Assembly: GCA_963605425.1 (NCBI GenBank)
Contig: CAVCUQ010000005.1
Coordinates: 3,460-67,459, forward strand
DNA length: 64,000 nt
Origin: an uncultured Eubacteriales bacterium
Lineage (GTDB): Bacteria; Bacillota_I; Bacilli_A; Acholeplasmatales; Anaeroplasmataceae
Direction of reading: 5' to 3'
In this document: positions 19,385 through 29,195 of the stretch, in pieces
How the letters are laid out: every line of letters begins with the position of its first letter
Position numbering within the stretch: the stretch's first letter is position 1
Notes under the pieces: model-generated
What the model was told of the DNA's origin: nothing
Seen by the model: the letters and a program-made list of their open reading frames with translations, nothing else
Databases searched by the model: none
Translations under genes and position numbers: made by a program

Positions 19385-19810
19385 ATGTTATTTGACGATT
19401 TAAAGAAAGCTAAAATGCAAGCTTTAAAAGAAAAAGATTTAAACAAGCGTAGTGTACTAGAAGCTGTTATTTCACGTTCTATGTTACAAGCAGTAGAACT
19501 TAAGGCTCAAGGTAAGGAATTAACTGATTCTGATACATTAACTAATATTTCTAAAGTTGTTAAGGAATTAGAAGAAGAAAAGTCTAGTTTTGCAAGTGCA
19601 GGAAGAGAAGATAAGGTATCCGATTTAAAAACACAAATCGAATATATTTCACAATTCTTACCAAAGCAATTAACAGAAGAAGAAATAAAAAAGATTATCT
19701 TATCATTACCAGATAAGTCAATCAAAGAAGTAATGAAGCACTTTAAGACTAATTACCAAGGTAAGTGTGACATGGGTTTAGTAAGTAAGGTTTCAAAGAG
19801 TTTACAATAA
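19385..19810 (+). CDS. yqeY: GatB/YqeY-domain protein
   Basis: About 141 aa with LKKAKMQALKEKD...RSVLEAVIS N-terminus and FLPKQLTEEEI, typical of YqeY. Confidence 0.75.
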   Translation: MLFDDLKKAKMQALKEKDLNKRSVLEAVISRSMLQAVELKAQGKELTDSDTLTNISKVVKELEEEKSSFASAGREDKVSDLKTQIEYISQFLPKQLTEEEIKKIILSLPDKSIKEVMKHFKTNYQGKCDMGLVSKVSKSLQ

Positions 19811-20664
19811 TGATATTTGATAGTATTTTAGTACTTCAAGGAGGCGCCATGAGATCCGTTTTCACAGACGGTGTCCTTGACGCCTTTCTTCAAAATAATA
19901 TTATGTTTAAAACTATCTATGGTGTATCTGCTTCATCTAAAGATATGTTTCATTATGCTTCAGGCCAGGAAGGTATTGCCTATAAAGCTAACTTAGAATG
20001 TGCTAAGGATCCTAATACGTTTAACATGTCTAATGCCCTACTTGGTAAACCTGTTATTGATAGTGCTTATTATTTTAATGAGATTAGAGATAAAAAATAT
20101 CCATATCATATAGAGAAGATAATGGAAAATAATATTGATTTATATATAACTTGTTGTGATATAGATGAAATGAAGGCTGTTTATTTTAAAGCCCCATGTG
20201 ATAATTTAGATAAGAAAATAGAAGCCTCATGCTCACTTCCTGTTATTCAACCTATCGTTGAAATAGATTCTAAACATTATTTAGACGGAGGAATAGTAGA
20301 AAATATTCCTTTAAACAAAGCACTTCTAGATAATAAAAAGATTATAGTTGTAACTACTAGAGAAGATGATTATAAGGCCGATGAAAATAAAACTGGCGGC
20401 CTTGAGAATACTTTTATTAATTTAAAGTATCAAGATAGACCAGAACTAGTTCAAAAGTTATTGAATAGAAATAGTGATTATAATAAAGAAATGGAAAACT
20501 TAAAGAATCTTGAAAAAGAAGGAAGAGTATTTGTTATAAGACCTACTTCAACTAAAGGCTTTGATAGACTTGAAAGAGATGAAAATAAATTAAAAGCTTT
20601 ATATCTAGATGGATATAATACATCCTTAAAACAAATAGAAGCTTTATTTGAATATTTAAAATAA
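19810..20664 (+). CDS. patatin-like phospholipase family protein
   Basis: Oxyanion motif LQGGAMRS, nucleophile motif GVSAS, catalytic Asp motif YLDGGIVENIP. Confidence 0.8.
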   Translation: MIFDSILVLQGGAMRSVFTDGVLDAFLQNNIMFKTIYGVSASSKDMFHYASGQEGIAYKANLECAKDPNTFNMSNALLGKPVIDSAYYFNEIRDKKYPYHIEKIMENNIDLYITCCDIDEMKAVYFKAPCDNLDKKIEASCSLPVIQPIVEIDSKHYLDGGIVENIPLNKALLDNKKIIVVTTREDDYKADENKTGGLENTFINLKYQDRPELVQKLLNRNSDYNKEMENLKNLEKEGRVFVIRPTSTKGFDRLERDENKLKALYLDGYNTSLKQIEALFEYLK

Positions 20665-20674
20665 GGAGATTTGT

Positions 20675-22180
20675 ATGGACTTAAAAAAAGAATATGATAA
20701 ATACAAAGAAGATTTAAGTTTAGTTAGAAAATATAACTATGCTTTATATATAATAAGTTTTGATGAACAAACTGATTGTCCTAAAAATGGTAAGGAATAT
20801 TCTCTAGATATTCAAAACTTTTTTTATGAGAAAATCTTAGAAATTATTACATCTAAGGATTTTACCGATAACTTAAAATATCTTTATGAAAATAGAGAAT
20901 CTTTAGATGAATTAAAGAGACTCGAAATTGAAGAAGACTATAAAGACACATTAAAGTTATCTAAGATTCCTTACGATGAACTTATTAAACATAATCAAAA
21001 TCTTTCTAGATCATCTGTTGAATGGGAAAAGGCTCGAACTACTTTAGATTACAGTAAGTTTTTAAAAGAATTAGAAGAATTAGTGGAATATAATTTTAAA
21101 TATGCTGACTACATGAAGGTTCCTTATAAGCATAAACTTGATGTCGCTTTAGATGAGATGGAAGACTCATTTAATGTTTCAAAGTACGATGAATTCTTTG
21201 ATTTGATTGAAAAAGAAATTGTACCACTAGCACAAAAGATTATTAAGATGCCTAAGAAATATAATTCTAAATTAGATACCTTAAAGTTTGATAAATATAA
21301 ACAAATGAAAATTACAAAAGAAATTTGTGATATGATGGGTTATACAAATGATAAAGGTTGTGTAAGAGAAACTATTCATCCTTTTACATCTGGATTTAAT
21401 AAGAATGATGTAAGAATTACTACATCTTATGATGAATCATTATTACTTTCTAATGTATATTCAGTAATGCATGAGACAGGGCATGCTTTATATGAACTTG
21501 GTATAGCTGAAGAATTAAATGAAACATCTCTTCAAGGTGGTACAAGTGCTGGTATGCACGAAAGCCAATCTCGTTTTATGGAAAACTATTTAGGTAGATC
21601 ATATGCATTTACCTTAAAATTATATGATATCCTTAAAAAAGAATTCCCAAGCGAATTTGAAGGTATTACAGTAGATGATCTTTATTATTATGCCAATTCA
21701 GTATCTAATCAATTTAAGAGAACTGAAGCTGATGAATTAACATATCCTATTCATATTTTAATTCGCTATGAAGTTGAAAAAGCATTATTTGCAGGAGAAA
21801 TCACAGTATCTCAAATAGGTGATAAATTCAATGAATTATTCACTAATTATTTGTGCGCTACACCATCTAATTTACTTGAAGGTGCTTTCCAAGATGTTCA
21901 CTGGTCTAGTGGTTTTGGATATTTTCCTACTTATGCGCTAGGTAATGCTTATGCTGCACAATTTTATCATTATATGAAGAAAGAGTTAGATATTGATGCT
22001 TTAATGAGAGAAGGTAACTTTAAACCTATTAATGCATGGCTAGATGATAAGGTTCATAAATATGGTAAGAGTAAGAAGAATCTATGGATAGTAGAACACG
22101 CCACTGGTGAGAAATTTAACCCTAAGTATTATATAGATTATCTAAAAGAAAAATTTAAAACAATCTATAATTTGGACTAA
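20675..22180 (+). CDS. carboxypeptidase M32 (Taq-type metallocarboxypeptidase)
   Basis: Motifs HETGHALYE (HExxH), HESQSRFMEN, IRYEVEK and HWSSGFGYFPTYALGN. Confidence 0.85.
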   Translation: MDLKKEYDKYKEDLSLVRKYNYALYIISFDEQTDCPKNGKEYSLDIQNFFYEKILEIITSKDFTDNLKYLYENRESLDELKRLEIEEDYKDTLKLSKIPYDELIKHNQNLSRSSVEWEKARTTLDYSKFLKELEELVEYNFKYADYMKVPYKHKLDVALDEMEDSFNVSKYDEFFDLIEKEIVPLAQKIIKMPKKYNSKLDTLKFDKYKQMKITKEICDMMGYTNDKGCVRETIHPFTSGFNKNDVRITTSYDESLLLSNVYSVMHETGHALYELGIAEELNETSLQGGTSAGMHESQSRFMENYLGRSYAFTLKLYDILKKEFPSEFEGITVDDLYYYANSVSNQFKRTEADELTYPIHILIRYEVEKALFAGEITVSQIGDKFNELFTNYLCATPSNLLEGAFQDVHWSSGFGYFPTYALGNAYAAQFYHYMKKELDIDALMREGNFKPINAWLDDKVHKYGKSKKNLWIVEHATGEKFNPKYYIDYLKEKFKTIYNLD

Positions 22181-22183
22181 TAT

Positions 22184-22735
22184 ATGACAAGTGTTTACAT
22201 TATTTTATACATTATAATCGCTATAGTTGTTCTTGCAATTATCTACTATATTTATAGACAGGTGCTTTGGTCTAAGATTAATAATAAATATGCTTTTTCT
22301 AAATTTAAAGAAGCTATTGAAGAAATAGATAGACTTTATAAATATGCAACTCCACTAATGAGAAAGAAGATGCTCATCTATAAAACTAGTTCAGCATTTT
22401 TAATTAATGATGATAAACTTTTTTTAGAGTGCGTAAATAAAATTAATAAGAATTCTCTAACTTATGGACAATATTATTATTACTATATGCTTGCATATTA
22501 TATTAAAGCAGATGACTTTGAGAAGGCTGAACTTACTTATGGTATCTTAACTGATAAATTTAAAATATCTAAAGAATTAGACTTAGTTACTCCTCTTGCA
22601 ATCCTTATGGCAAATAAAGGGGACGAGAAGGCTTTTAGAAAATTAAAAGAGTTAAAAAGAAATAAGCATATTGATACAACATTTATTTATGTTGCAAATG
22701 ACTATATAAGAAAAAATAAGAAAGATAAAAATTAA
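22184..22735 (+). CDS. membrane-anchored hypothetical protein (helical/TPR-like)
   Basis: N-terminal TM helix followed by a helical repeat-like region. No catalytic motif. Confidence 0.5.
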   Translation: MTSVYIILYIIIAIVVLAIIYYIYRQVLWSKINNKYAFSKFKEAIEEIDRLYKYATPLMRKKMLIYKTSSAFLINDDKLFLECVNKINKNSLTYGQYYYYYMLAYYIKADDFEKAELTYGILTDKFKISKELDLVTPLAILMANKGDEKAFRKLKELKRNKHIDTTFIYVANDYIRKNKKDKN

Positions 22736-22740
22736 GACTT

Positions 22741-23976
22741 ATGATTTATAAAACTGATGAAGAATATTATTTAGCTTTAAATACTTATTTAGATAAAGGC
22801 TATAAGATTAAAACTAGTGACTTTCCTTGCTTAGAACTTGAAAAAAATCAAGACAAAGTAATAATAGATTTAGATAAAGATAAGAAGACTTTAAATGAAA
22901 TAGTATTACCAGATTATGATAATTCATTAATTAATATAATTAACTCTATTAAACAAAATTATGGTGATACTAATAAAGCTATAGCAGATACTAATATCTT
23001 TGATAAGAAGTATAAGAATACTATTATCTTAATTTTAGATGGTATGGGTAAAAATATCTTAGATGAATTTGAAAGAAGATTTCCTTCTAATTTTTTATCT
23101 AAAAACTATTATAAGAATTTAACTGCAATCTACCCTTCAACTACAGCTTGTGCTACAACAAGTATAAAATCAGGGCTTGTACCTTATGAAACTAGTTGGA
23201 CAGGATGGAGTAATTATTTTAGAGAAGTAGATAAAGATTTAGTGCTATTTATGGGATGTGATTATTATACAGAAGAAAAGTATAATATTACTGCTTACGA
23301 TATCCTTCCTTATAAAATGTATTATGAAGGACTCGATGTAAAAGGTGCTTCAGTTGAACCGATATTTCCGGTTAAGGAATGTGAATTTGATTCAACTTTA
23401 TCAAGGGCCTTAGATAAATTGAATCAAGGTTATCAAACATTATATGTTTATGATACTGAACCAGATGGCCTTATGCATAAATATGGTACTAAGAGTGATA
23501 AGGTATATAGTACATTAAATAAATATTCTAAAAAAATAGAAAAGTTTTATAATAAACTACCTAAAGATACTCTTCTTTTGATATCAGCTGACCATGGTCA
23601 TATTGATAATATTAATATTAAATTCTATCTAGATAAATATTTGTATTCTTTACTTGAAAGAAAGCCTACTAATGATCAAAGATGTTTAACTTTTAAGGTT
23701 AAAGAAGAAAAACATAAAGAATTTAAAGAATATTTTAATTCAGTATATTCAAGTATTTATGATTTATATTCTAAAGATGAGTTTATAGGTAAAGGCTTTG
23801 TAGGACATTCTAATATTAAAGGAGTCCGTCTTGATGAGTTCCTTGGTGACTATATTGCCATAGCTAAAACTAATTACACTTTATGTTTAAAAGAAAAGTC
23901 AACAATGATGATGTCAAACCACGCTGGATATACTAAAGAAGAAATGGTTATTCCTTTAATAGTTTTAAAAAAATAA
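22741..23976 (+). CDS. alkaline-phosphatase-superfamily protein (phosphodiesterase/pyrophosphatase-like)
   Basis: Metal and nucleophile motifs ILILDGMG, YPSTTACATTSIKSG and ISADHGH. Confidence 0.65.
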   Translation: MIYKTDEEYYLALNTYLDKGYKIKTSDFPCLELEKNQDKVIIDLDKDKKTLNEIVLPDYDNSLINIINSIKQNYGDTNKAIADTNIFDKKYKNTIILILDGMGKNILDEFERRFPSNFLSKNYYKNLTAIYPSTTACATTSIKSGLVPYETSWTGWSNYFREVDKDLVLFMGCDYYTEEKYNITAYDILPYKMYYEGLDVKGASVEPIFPVKECEFDSTLSRALDKLNQGYQTLYVYDTEPDGLMHKYGTKSDKVYSTLNKYSKKIEKFYNKLPKDTLLLISADHGHIDNINIKFYLDKYLYSLLERKPTNDQRCLTFKVKEEKHKEFKEYFNSVYSSIYDLYSKDEFIGKGFVGHSNIKGVRLDEFLGDYIAIAKTNYTLCLKEKSTMMMSNHAGYTKEEMVIPLIVLKK

Positions 23977-24000
23977 TTATTTAATTAAAATAATTTCTAT

Positions 24001-24008
24001 TGTATAAT
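24001..24008 (+). promoter_or_regulatory. extended -10 element (TGTATAAT) ahead of ybeY
   Basis: TGnTATAAT lies 24 nt upstream of the ybeY ATG. Confidence 0.4.
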
Positions 24009-24031
24009 TAATTTACTAGAGGTTACAGAAA

Positions 24032-24499
24032 ATGAAGGTTAATTTTGTAAATAATATTAATATTATTGAAAATGGTAAGAAACATAAACTAGATGTTAAG
24101 AAATATAGAGATATTATTAAAAGTGTCTTTAAAACTGTAGATGATAATCATATTATGACAGTTATCTTTGTTGATAAAGATACTATTCATCAAATCAATA
24201 GAGATTATAGAGGTGTAGATAGAGTAACTGATGTTATTTCTTTTGCTTTACATGATAATGATTATTGTGAAGATTTAGAAGAATGCGAAGAAGAACTAGG
24301 TGATATCTTTATCTGCATTGATAGAGCTATTGAACAAGCTAGTGAATATGGACATTCTGTTGAAAGAGAAGTAGGATTCTTATCTGTTCACGGATATCTT
24401 CATCTTTTAGGATATGATCATATGAAAGAAGAAGATGAAAAGGTTATGTTTGCAAAACAAGATGAAATATTAAATAAAGCTAATTTAAAGAGATTTTAG
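24032..24499 (+). CDS. ybeY: rRNA maturation endoribonuclease YbeY
   Basis: HGYLHLLGYDH zinc motif, about 155 aa. Confidence 0.9.
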   Translation: MKVNFVNNINIIENGKKHKLDVKKYRDIIKSVFKTVDDNHIMTVIFVDKDTIHQINRDYRGVDRVTDVISFALHDNDYCEDLEECEEELGDIFICIDRAIEQASEYGHSVEREVGFLSVHGYLHLLGYDHMKEEDEKVMFAKQDEILNKANLKRF

Positions 24500-24507
24500 G
24501 AGGCATT

Positions 24508-24906
24508 ATGACAACACTTGAGTTAGTAAATAAAGCAATTGAAGGAAGAAAGAGAAGTTATTCTCCATATTCTAAATATGCAGTAGGAGCTGCATTATTA
24601 TTTAAAGATGGTACTGTTATTACCGGTGCTAACATTGAAAACGCAGCTTACGGAGTATGTATTTGTGCTGAGAGAGTAGCCATGTTCCAAGCTCACAATA
24701 TGGGTTATGATTTAAAGAATGATTGTGTTGCAATCGCAATTACATCAGACTCTAACATTCCATGTGCTCCATGCGGTAGCTGTAGACAAGTTATGAATGA
24801 ATTACTTAAGAAAGATACTAAGGTAATTATGTCTAACCTTGAAGGCTTAGTTAAGGAAGAAACAGTTAAGACAATCCTTCCTTATGGGTTCGATAATCTT
24901 GACTAA
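24508..24906 (+). CDS. cdd: cytidine deaminase
   Basis: Zinc motifs CAERVA and PCGSCRQ, 132 aa. Confidence 0.9.
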   Translation: MTTLELVNKAIEGRKRSYSPYSKYAVGAALLFKDGTVITGANIENAAYGVCICAERVAMFQAHNMGYDLKNDCVAIAITSDSNIPCAPCGSCRQVMNELLKKDTKVIMSNLEGLVKEETVKTILPYGFDNLD

Positions 24907-25804
24907 TAATTATAAATCAGGTTTTGTAACTATTTTAGGTCGTCCTAATGTTGGTAAGTCAACATTTTTAAATAAGGCTATCGGTTGTAAGGTAGCTATT
25001 ATGTCTGATAAGCCTCAAACTACAAGAAACACTATTCTAGGTGTTTTAACAACTGATGAAGCTCAAATTATCTTTACTGATACACCAGGAATTCATAAAC
25101 CTCAAAGTGCTTTAGGTAGACTTTTAAATGAAGATGCTTATAACGCAGCTAGAGGTTGTGAAGCTATTATATTTATGGTATCAGCTGTAGACCCTATTGG
25201 TAAAGGTGATTTAATGATTATCGATCATCTTAAACAATTAAATAGTGATGTATACCTTGTCATCAATAAAATTGATGCTTTAGAAAAGAGAACTGATATT
25301 CCTGATATTATTATCTCCTATATGCAACAATATGAATTTAAGGAAGTCTTCCCTATCTCAGCTAAAACTGGTGAAGGTGTAGATGAATTAATTAAATGTT
25401 TAACTAATATCTTACCAGAAGGACCTAAATATTATCCTGATGATATGATTACTGATCATCCTGAAAGATTTATTATAGCTGAACTTATTAGAGAAAAATG
25501 TTTCTATCTAACAAATGATGAGGTTCCTCATTCTATTGCGGTTTTAGTTGATTCAATTAAAACACTAGAAGATGAAACTGTAGAGATATATGCAACTATA
25601 TACGTAGAACGTGATAGTCAAAAAGGTATAATTTTAGGAAAAGGTGGTTCACTAATTAAGAAGGTTAAGGAATTATCTAAAAAAGATATTAAAAAACTTT
25701 TAGGATCTAATGTTGATTTAAACCTATGGGTTAAGGTTAAGAAGGACTGGACTAGTCGTCCTGATTCAATGAAAGCACTAGGTTACGAGAAAGATACTTA
25801 TTAA
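24884..25804 (+). CDS. era: GTPase Era
   Basis: Motifs G1 GRPNVGKST, G3 DTPG and G4 NKID, with a C-terminal KH domain. The start is uncertain (ATG 24884 or TTG 24899); either overlaps the end of cdd. Confidence 0.9.
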   Translation: MGSIILTNNYKSGFVTILGRPNVGKSTFLNKAIGCKVAIMSDKPQTTRNTILGVLTTDEAQIIFTDTPGIHKPQSALGRLLNEDAYNAARGCEAIIFMVSAVDPIGKGDLMIIDHLKQLNSDVYLVINKIDALEKRTDIPDIIISYMQQYEFKEVFPISAKTGEGVDELIKCLTNILPEGPKYYPDDMITDHPERFIIAELIREKCFYLTNDEVPHSIAVLVDSIKTLEDETVEIYATIYVERDSQKGIILGKGGSLIKKVKELSKKDIKKLLGSNVDLNLWVKVKKDWTSRPDSMKALGYEKDTY

Positions 25805-25852
25805 TTTTAAGGCGGCTTTAAAGGCTGCCTATTTTAAAAGGTGGGGAAAATT

Positions 25853-26557
25853 ATGCAAAATGTAAAGACAGAAGGATTTGTAGTTAGTACTGTGCATTAT
25901 AATGAAACTAGTGAAATTGTCCATCTTTTAACAAAAAGTGGTCTTTATTCAATTATGTGTGTTGGAGCTAGAAGGTATAAATCAGGTAAACTTTCTTTTT
26001 GCATTCCTTTAACTAAGGTATCATGTATTGTACGAGATTCTTCGGTGCCTCGCCTTGTCGATTACACTGTTATTAATAATTATGAATATATCAAAAATAA
26101 TTTAAAGAAAAATTTATGGTTTAGTTTTTTATTTGAATTTTTAAATAATATTCCTCCTAATTCATATTATAAGAATATTTATAGACTAACAGATAAGATA
26201 TTAGAGTATGCAACACGCTATAATCATATTTTACTAGTATCTATATTTTTAATTAAAATGCTTAAAGTGTATGGAGTAGAACCTAGTTTTAATACTTGTG
26301 TTGTATGTAATAGTAAAGATGTCGCCTTCTTTTCTAATTCTTTAGGAGGAGCTTCTTGTAAATACCATACTGCAATCGATAGTAAACCTTTTAGTGAATA
26401 CGATATTATTAAAGAATTATATTATTTAGATATTTATAATAATAATTTAGATAAGTATGAAACACTAGATTATAAAGCCTTATTTGAAAAGGTTAAATCT
26501 TATTATGAATATCATGTGGATATTAATTTGAAAATGGTTAATACACTGCTTTTTTAA
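25853..26557 (+). CDS. recO: DNA repair protein RecO
   Basis: N-terminal OB-fold pattern (EGFVVSTVHYNETSEIV) and zinc motif CVVCNS...CKYH. The ATG at 25853 follows an AAGGTGGGG RBS; the track start is a GTG at 25841. Confidence 0.75.
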   Translation: MQNVKTEGFVVSTVHYNETSEIVHLLTKSGLYSIMCVGARRYKSGKLSFCIPLTKVSCIVRDSSVPRLVDYTVINNYEYIKNNLKKNLWFSFLFEFLNNIPPNSYYKNIYRLTDKILEYATRYNHILLVSIFLIKMLKVYGVEPSFNTCVVCNSKDVAFFSNSLGGASCKYHTAIDSKPFSEYDIIKELYYLDIYNNNLDKYETLDYKALFEKVKSYYEYHVDINLKMVNTLLF

Positions 26558-26568
26558 GGGGGATTTTT

Positions 26569-27843
26569 ATGGACAAATATCAAGAATTTGCGAGATTAAA
26601 AACAAAAGATATAAATAATGCCTTAAATAGACTAGATTTATCACTTATTAAGGATACAACTGAAGTTAAGCTTGAATATATATTCAATGAATATAAATCA
26701 AAAGAAATTTATGGTTATTTACTTTATGATTATGAATTAGAATTCTTAAGAAAACATATTAATGATAATAATATAGAGCCTAATTTTATAACCTATCAAC
26801 TTAAGAAAATACTTATTCTTGTAGGGGATGAATCATTAAAAGTAAATCCATATATTAAGCCATCTCTAATTAAGGGAATAGATTACTACTTTAAACATAA
26901 GAAAGAAATAGATGATACTAAATATATTGTTTATTTTGTCTTAGGAATATTAAGATTAAGAGCTATTGTATCTCTTAATACAATTCATGATTATATTAGA
27001 AAGTGTTTTAATAAAGTTGAAGATGTTTCAAAGATAAGTAATTTAATATTTATTCATCCTTTGTTTAATCGTTTTGCACGAAGAATAATCAAAGATAGAA
27101 AGGCATATTGTGCTTTAATTGAAGTAGAAGGCACAGATAGAGAGATTATGTCATTTCTTGATCCTATAGATCCTGATTTTAGTGCTACATCGCTTATAAA
27201 TATTGGTAAATATTATTTTGATATAGATTCTAGCGAATTTAAAAATGCTATTTCTAATTTAGGTTCAGCTATGTATTTTAACAAGGTTGATAGAGCAGAA
27301 CTTATCTACAATATCGGTTATTCTAATTATTTAGAATTTATATCAAATAAAATTTGTGATAGAAATACATTAGAAATTATAGATAGTGATCCTTTAGTTT
27401 ATAATACAGTCTTTGATTATATGATTAATCTTCCTTCTTTTTATCCATGTAACAAAAATAGTATTTTTATTAAACCTTTTAATCATGATATTGCAAGCGC
27501 TATTGTTACAGGGGACGAAATAAACGTGTATGAATTACCTGATTATGATATGGAACTTGTACTTAAAATGGATGTATCTAAACTTAAGAAATATTATGTT
27601 TATGGTTTTAAGGATGACAAAGTAGTACTTCTTGATATAGATAAAGAAGAATTAGTTTATATAAAATCTAATAGGTATTCTGGTATTTTAAATTCTAAAT
27701 CTTTAAATAAAGTTATTAATACTCGTATAATTGAATATAATGGTTTTTTAACTACTGTATTAGACGAGAAAGTAAAGATAAAGGATAAAGAATTTCTTTT
27801 AAAATATAAGTCTATTTGTGAAAAACTTATGAAAAATGAATAA
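26569..27843 (+). CDS. hypothetical protein (424 aa)
   Basis: Long ORF behind a GGGGGA RBS. No motif recognised. Confidence 0.5.
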   Translation: MDKYQEFARLKTKDINNALNRLDLSLIKDTTEVKLEYIFNEYKSKEIYGYLLYDYELEFLRKHINDNNIEPNFITYQLKKILILVGDESLKVNPYIKPSLIKGIDYYFKHKKEIDDTKYIVYFVLGILRLRAIVSLNTIHDYIRKCFNKVEDVSKISNLIFIHPLFNRFARRIIKDRKAYCALIEVEGTDREIMSFLDPIDPDFSATSLINIGKYYFDIDSSEFKNAISNLGSAMYFNKVDRAELIYNIGYSNYLEFISNKICDRNTLEIIDSDPLVYNTVFDYMINLPSFYPCNKNSIFIKPFNHDIASAIVTGDEINVYELPDYDMELVLKMDVSKLKKYYVYGFKDDKVVLLDIDKEELVYIKSNRYSGILNSKSLNKVINTRIIEYNGFLTTVLDEKVKIKDKEFLLKYKSICEKLMKNE

Positions 27844-27911
27844 ATTAATTTGTTTATTTTATGTTTAGGAACTAGAATATATGTACAAATTTTAAAAAGG
27901 AAGTGTTTAAT

Positions 27912-28952
27912 ATGCCTAAAACAAATTGGGAAAAATTAGGATTTGATAAATGTACTGATGCGTATGGTAATTTATCATATGAAAAACTAGGTAAGGCTTA
28001 TTTAGATTTATTTGCAAAGGAATTAAAAGCTTCTGCCCAAAACGGTGAACAATTAGTCCAGAGGATTGGTTACACTCAAAGATACGATGATAATTTAACA
28101 TGTGGTGAGGAAAATATTTTAAAGACTATTGTTAATAGAATTAATGAAAAATATAAATTTAATGACTTACTTCATGAACATGGTATTCATTTTGTAAAGC
28201 CATATGATTTAATGAGTTATAATTCTAATCAAGATATTGAAAAAGCAATATATTCAAATATGAATCAAAAAGATAGTTGCACAATTGCATTAAATAGATT
28301 ATCTTTTGTTAGTAAAAATAAATCTATATTTGAGGGAAGAAACGTTGATGAGACAACTGAAGAGATGAATAAACAAAATAAAAATACATTCTTAGTTGGT
28401 TCTATGAAAGAATTAGATAAATCATTTAAGAGTATATCTTTCTTTCAAAAACTTATGCATCCTATTAAATATTACAGAGAAAAACAAGAATATAATAAGG
28501 TAAGGGATTCTTATACTCGTGCTTTATTAAATATGAGAAAAGATGAACCTTTAACTAAATTGCTTAGAGATTATGCAAATGATTACTCTGATGCTATCTT
28601 AGATGATTACTCAAGAGTTACTCATGAATTTGAAGGAGCTCATTTAAATTATCGTAGTTTCTTCCCTTTAAAGACATTTGCAGAGGAATACAAACCTGCT
28701 CATCTTGAAACGGATGCGGAAAGAGAAGAACGCCTAGCCCCTAGCAATGACTTCCCAATCGATATGGCTAAAGCTAAAATCGTTTTAGATAAACTTATTT
28801 TTAAAGAAAATGCTCCTGCAAAAGAAGAAAATAAAGAAGTTTATAGAAAGCCTATAGAAGCTTTAGAAGTTAAAAATGATGTTCCTGAAGTAGACAAGAG
28901 CACTATCGATTTAACTCCTCATAAAGAGATAAGCAAAGATATTAATAAATAA
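27912..28952 (+). CDS. hypothetical protein (346 aa)
   Basis: Long ORF. The ATG at 27912 follows an AAGGAAG RBS; the track start is a GTG at 27903. No motif recognised. Confidence 0.5.
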   Translation: MPKTNWEKLGFDKCTDAYGNLSYEKLGKAYLDLFAKELKASAQNGEQLVQRIGYTQRYDDNLTCGEENILKTIVNRINEKYKFNDLLHEHGIHFVKPYDLMSYNSNQDIEKAIYSNMNQKDSCTIALNRLSFVSKNKSIFEGRNVDETTEEMNKQNKNTFLVGSMKELDKSFKSISFFQKLMHPIKYYREKQEYNKVRDSYTRALLNMRKDEPLTKLLRDYANDYSDAILDDYSRVTHEFEGAHLNYRSFFPLKTFAEEYKPAHLETDAEREERLAPSNDFPIDMAKAKIVLDKLIFKENAPAKEENKEVYRKPIEALEVKNDVPEVDKSTIDLTPHKEISKDINK

Positions 28953-28967
28953 TTTAAAAATTAGTTC

Positions 28968-28996
28968 TTGAAAATAACTTTAATATTCTATATAAT
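28968..28996 (+). promoter_or_regulatory. strong sigma-70-type promoter for tRNA-Glu
   Basis: TTGAAA-N17-TATAAT ending 10 nt before the tRNA 5' end. Confidence 0.6.
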
Positions 28997-29006
28997 ATTA
29001 AAGCAT

Positions 29007-29078
29007 GGTTGAGTGGTCAAGCGGCTAAGACGGTTCCCTCTCAAGGAACAATCACGGGTTCGACTCCCGTCTCGACTA
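29007..29078 (+). tRNA. tRNA-Glu (CUC), no encoded CCA
   Basis: Aligns arm by arm with Bacillus-type tRNA-Glu: D-arm GGTCAAGCGGCTAAGAC, anticodon stem GTTCC/GGAAC with loop CUCUCAA, T-arm ACGGGTTCGACTCCCGT. The acceptor stem has G1-U72 and U4-G69 wobble pairs. Confidence 0.75.
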
Positions 29079-29095
29079 AATAATTTAAAACTAAC

Positions 29096-29126
29096 ACTTG
29101 AGATTTAATAGTCTCAAGTTTTTTTA
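29096..29126 (+). terminator. intrinsic terminator after tRNA-Glu
   Basis: 9-bp stem ACTTGAGAT/GTCTCAAGT followed by TTTTTTT. Confidence 0.75.
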
Positions 29127-29195
29127 TTACACAATTTTTTCACACTTTTTATTTATTATATAGTATAATTTAGTTAGATATGGAAGGTGAGTATT

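Noticed and set aside
22741-23976. Alkaline-phosphatase-fold protein considered as a PglZ-like BREX or defence component.
   Set aside because: There are no BREX partners (PglX methyltransferase, BrxC ATPase, BrxL) nearby, and it sits among housekeeping genes. It is more likely a generic phosphodiesterase or pyrophosphatase.
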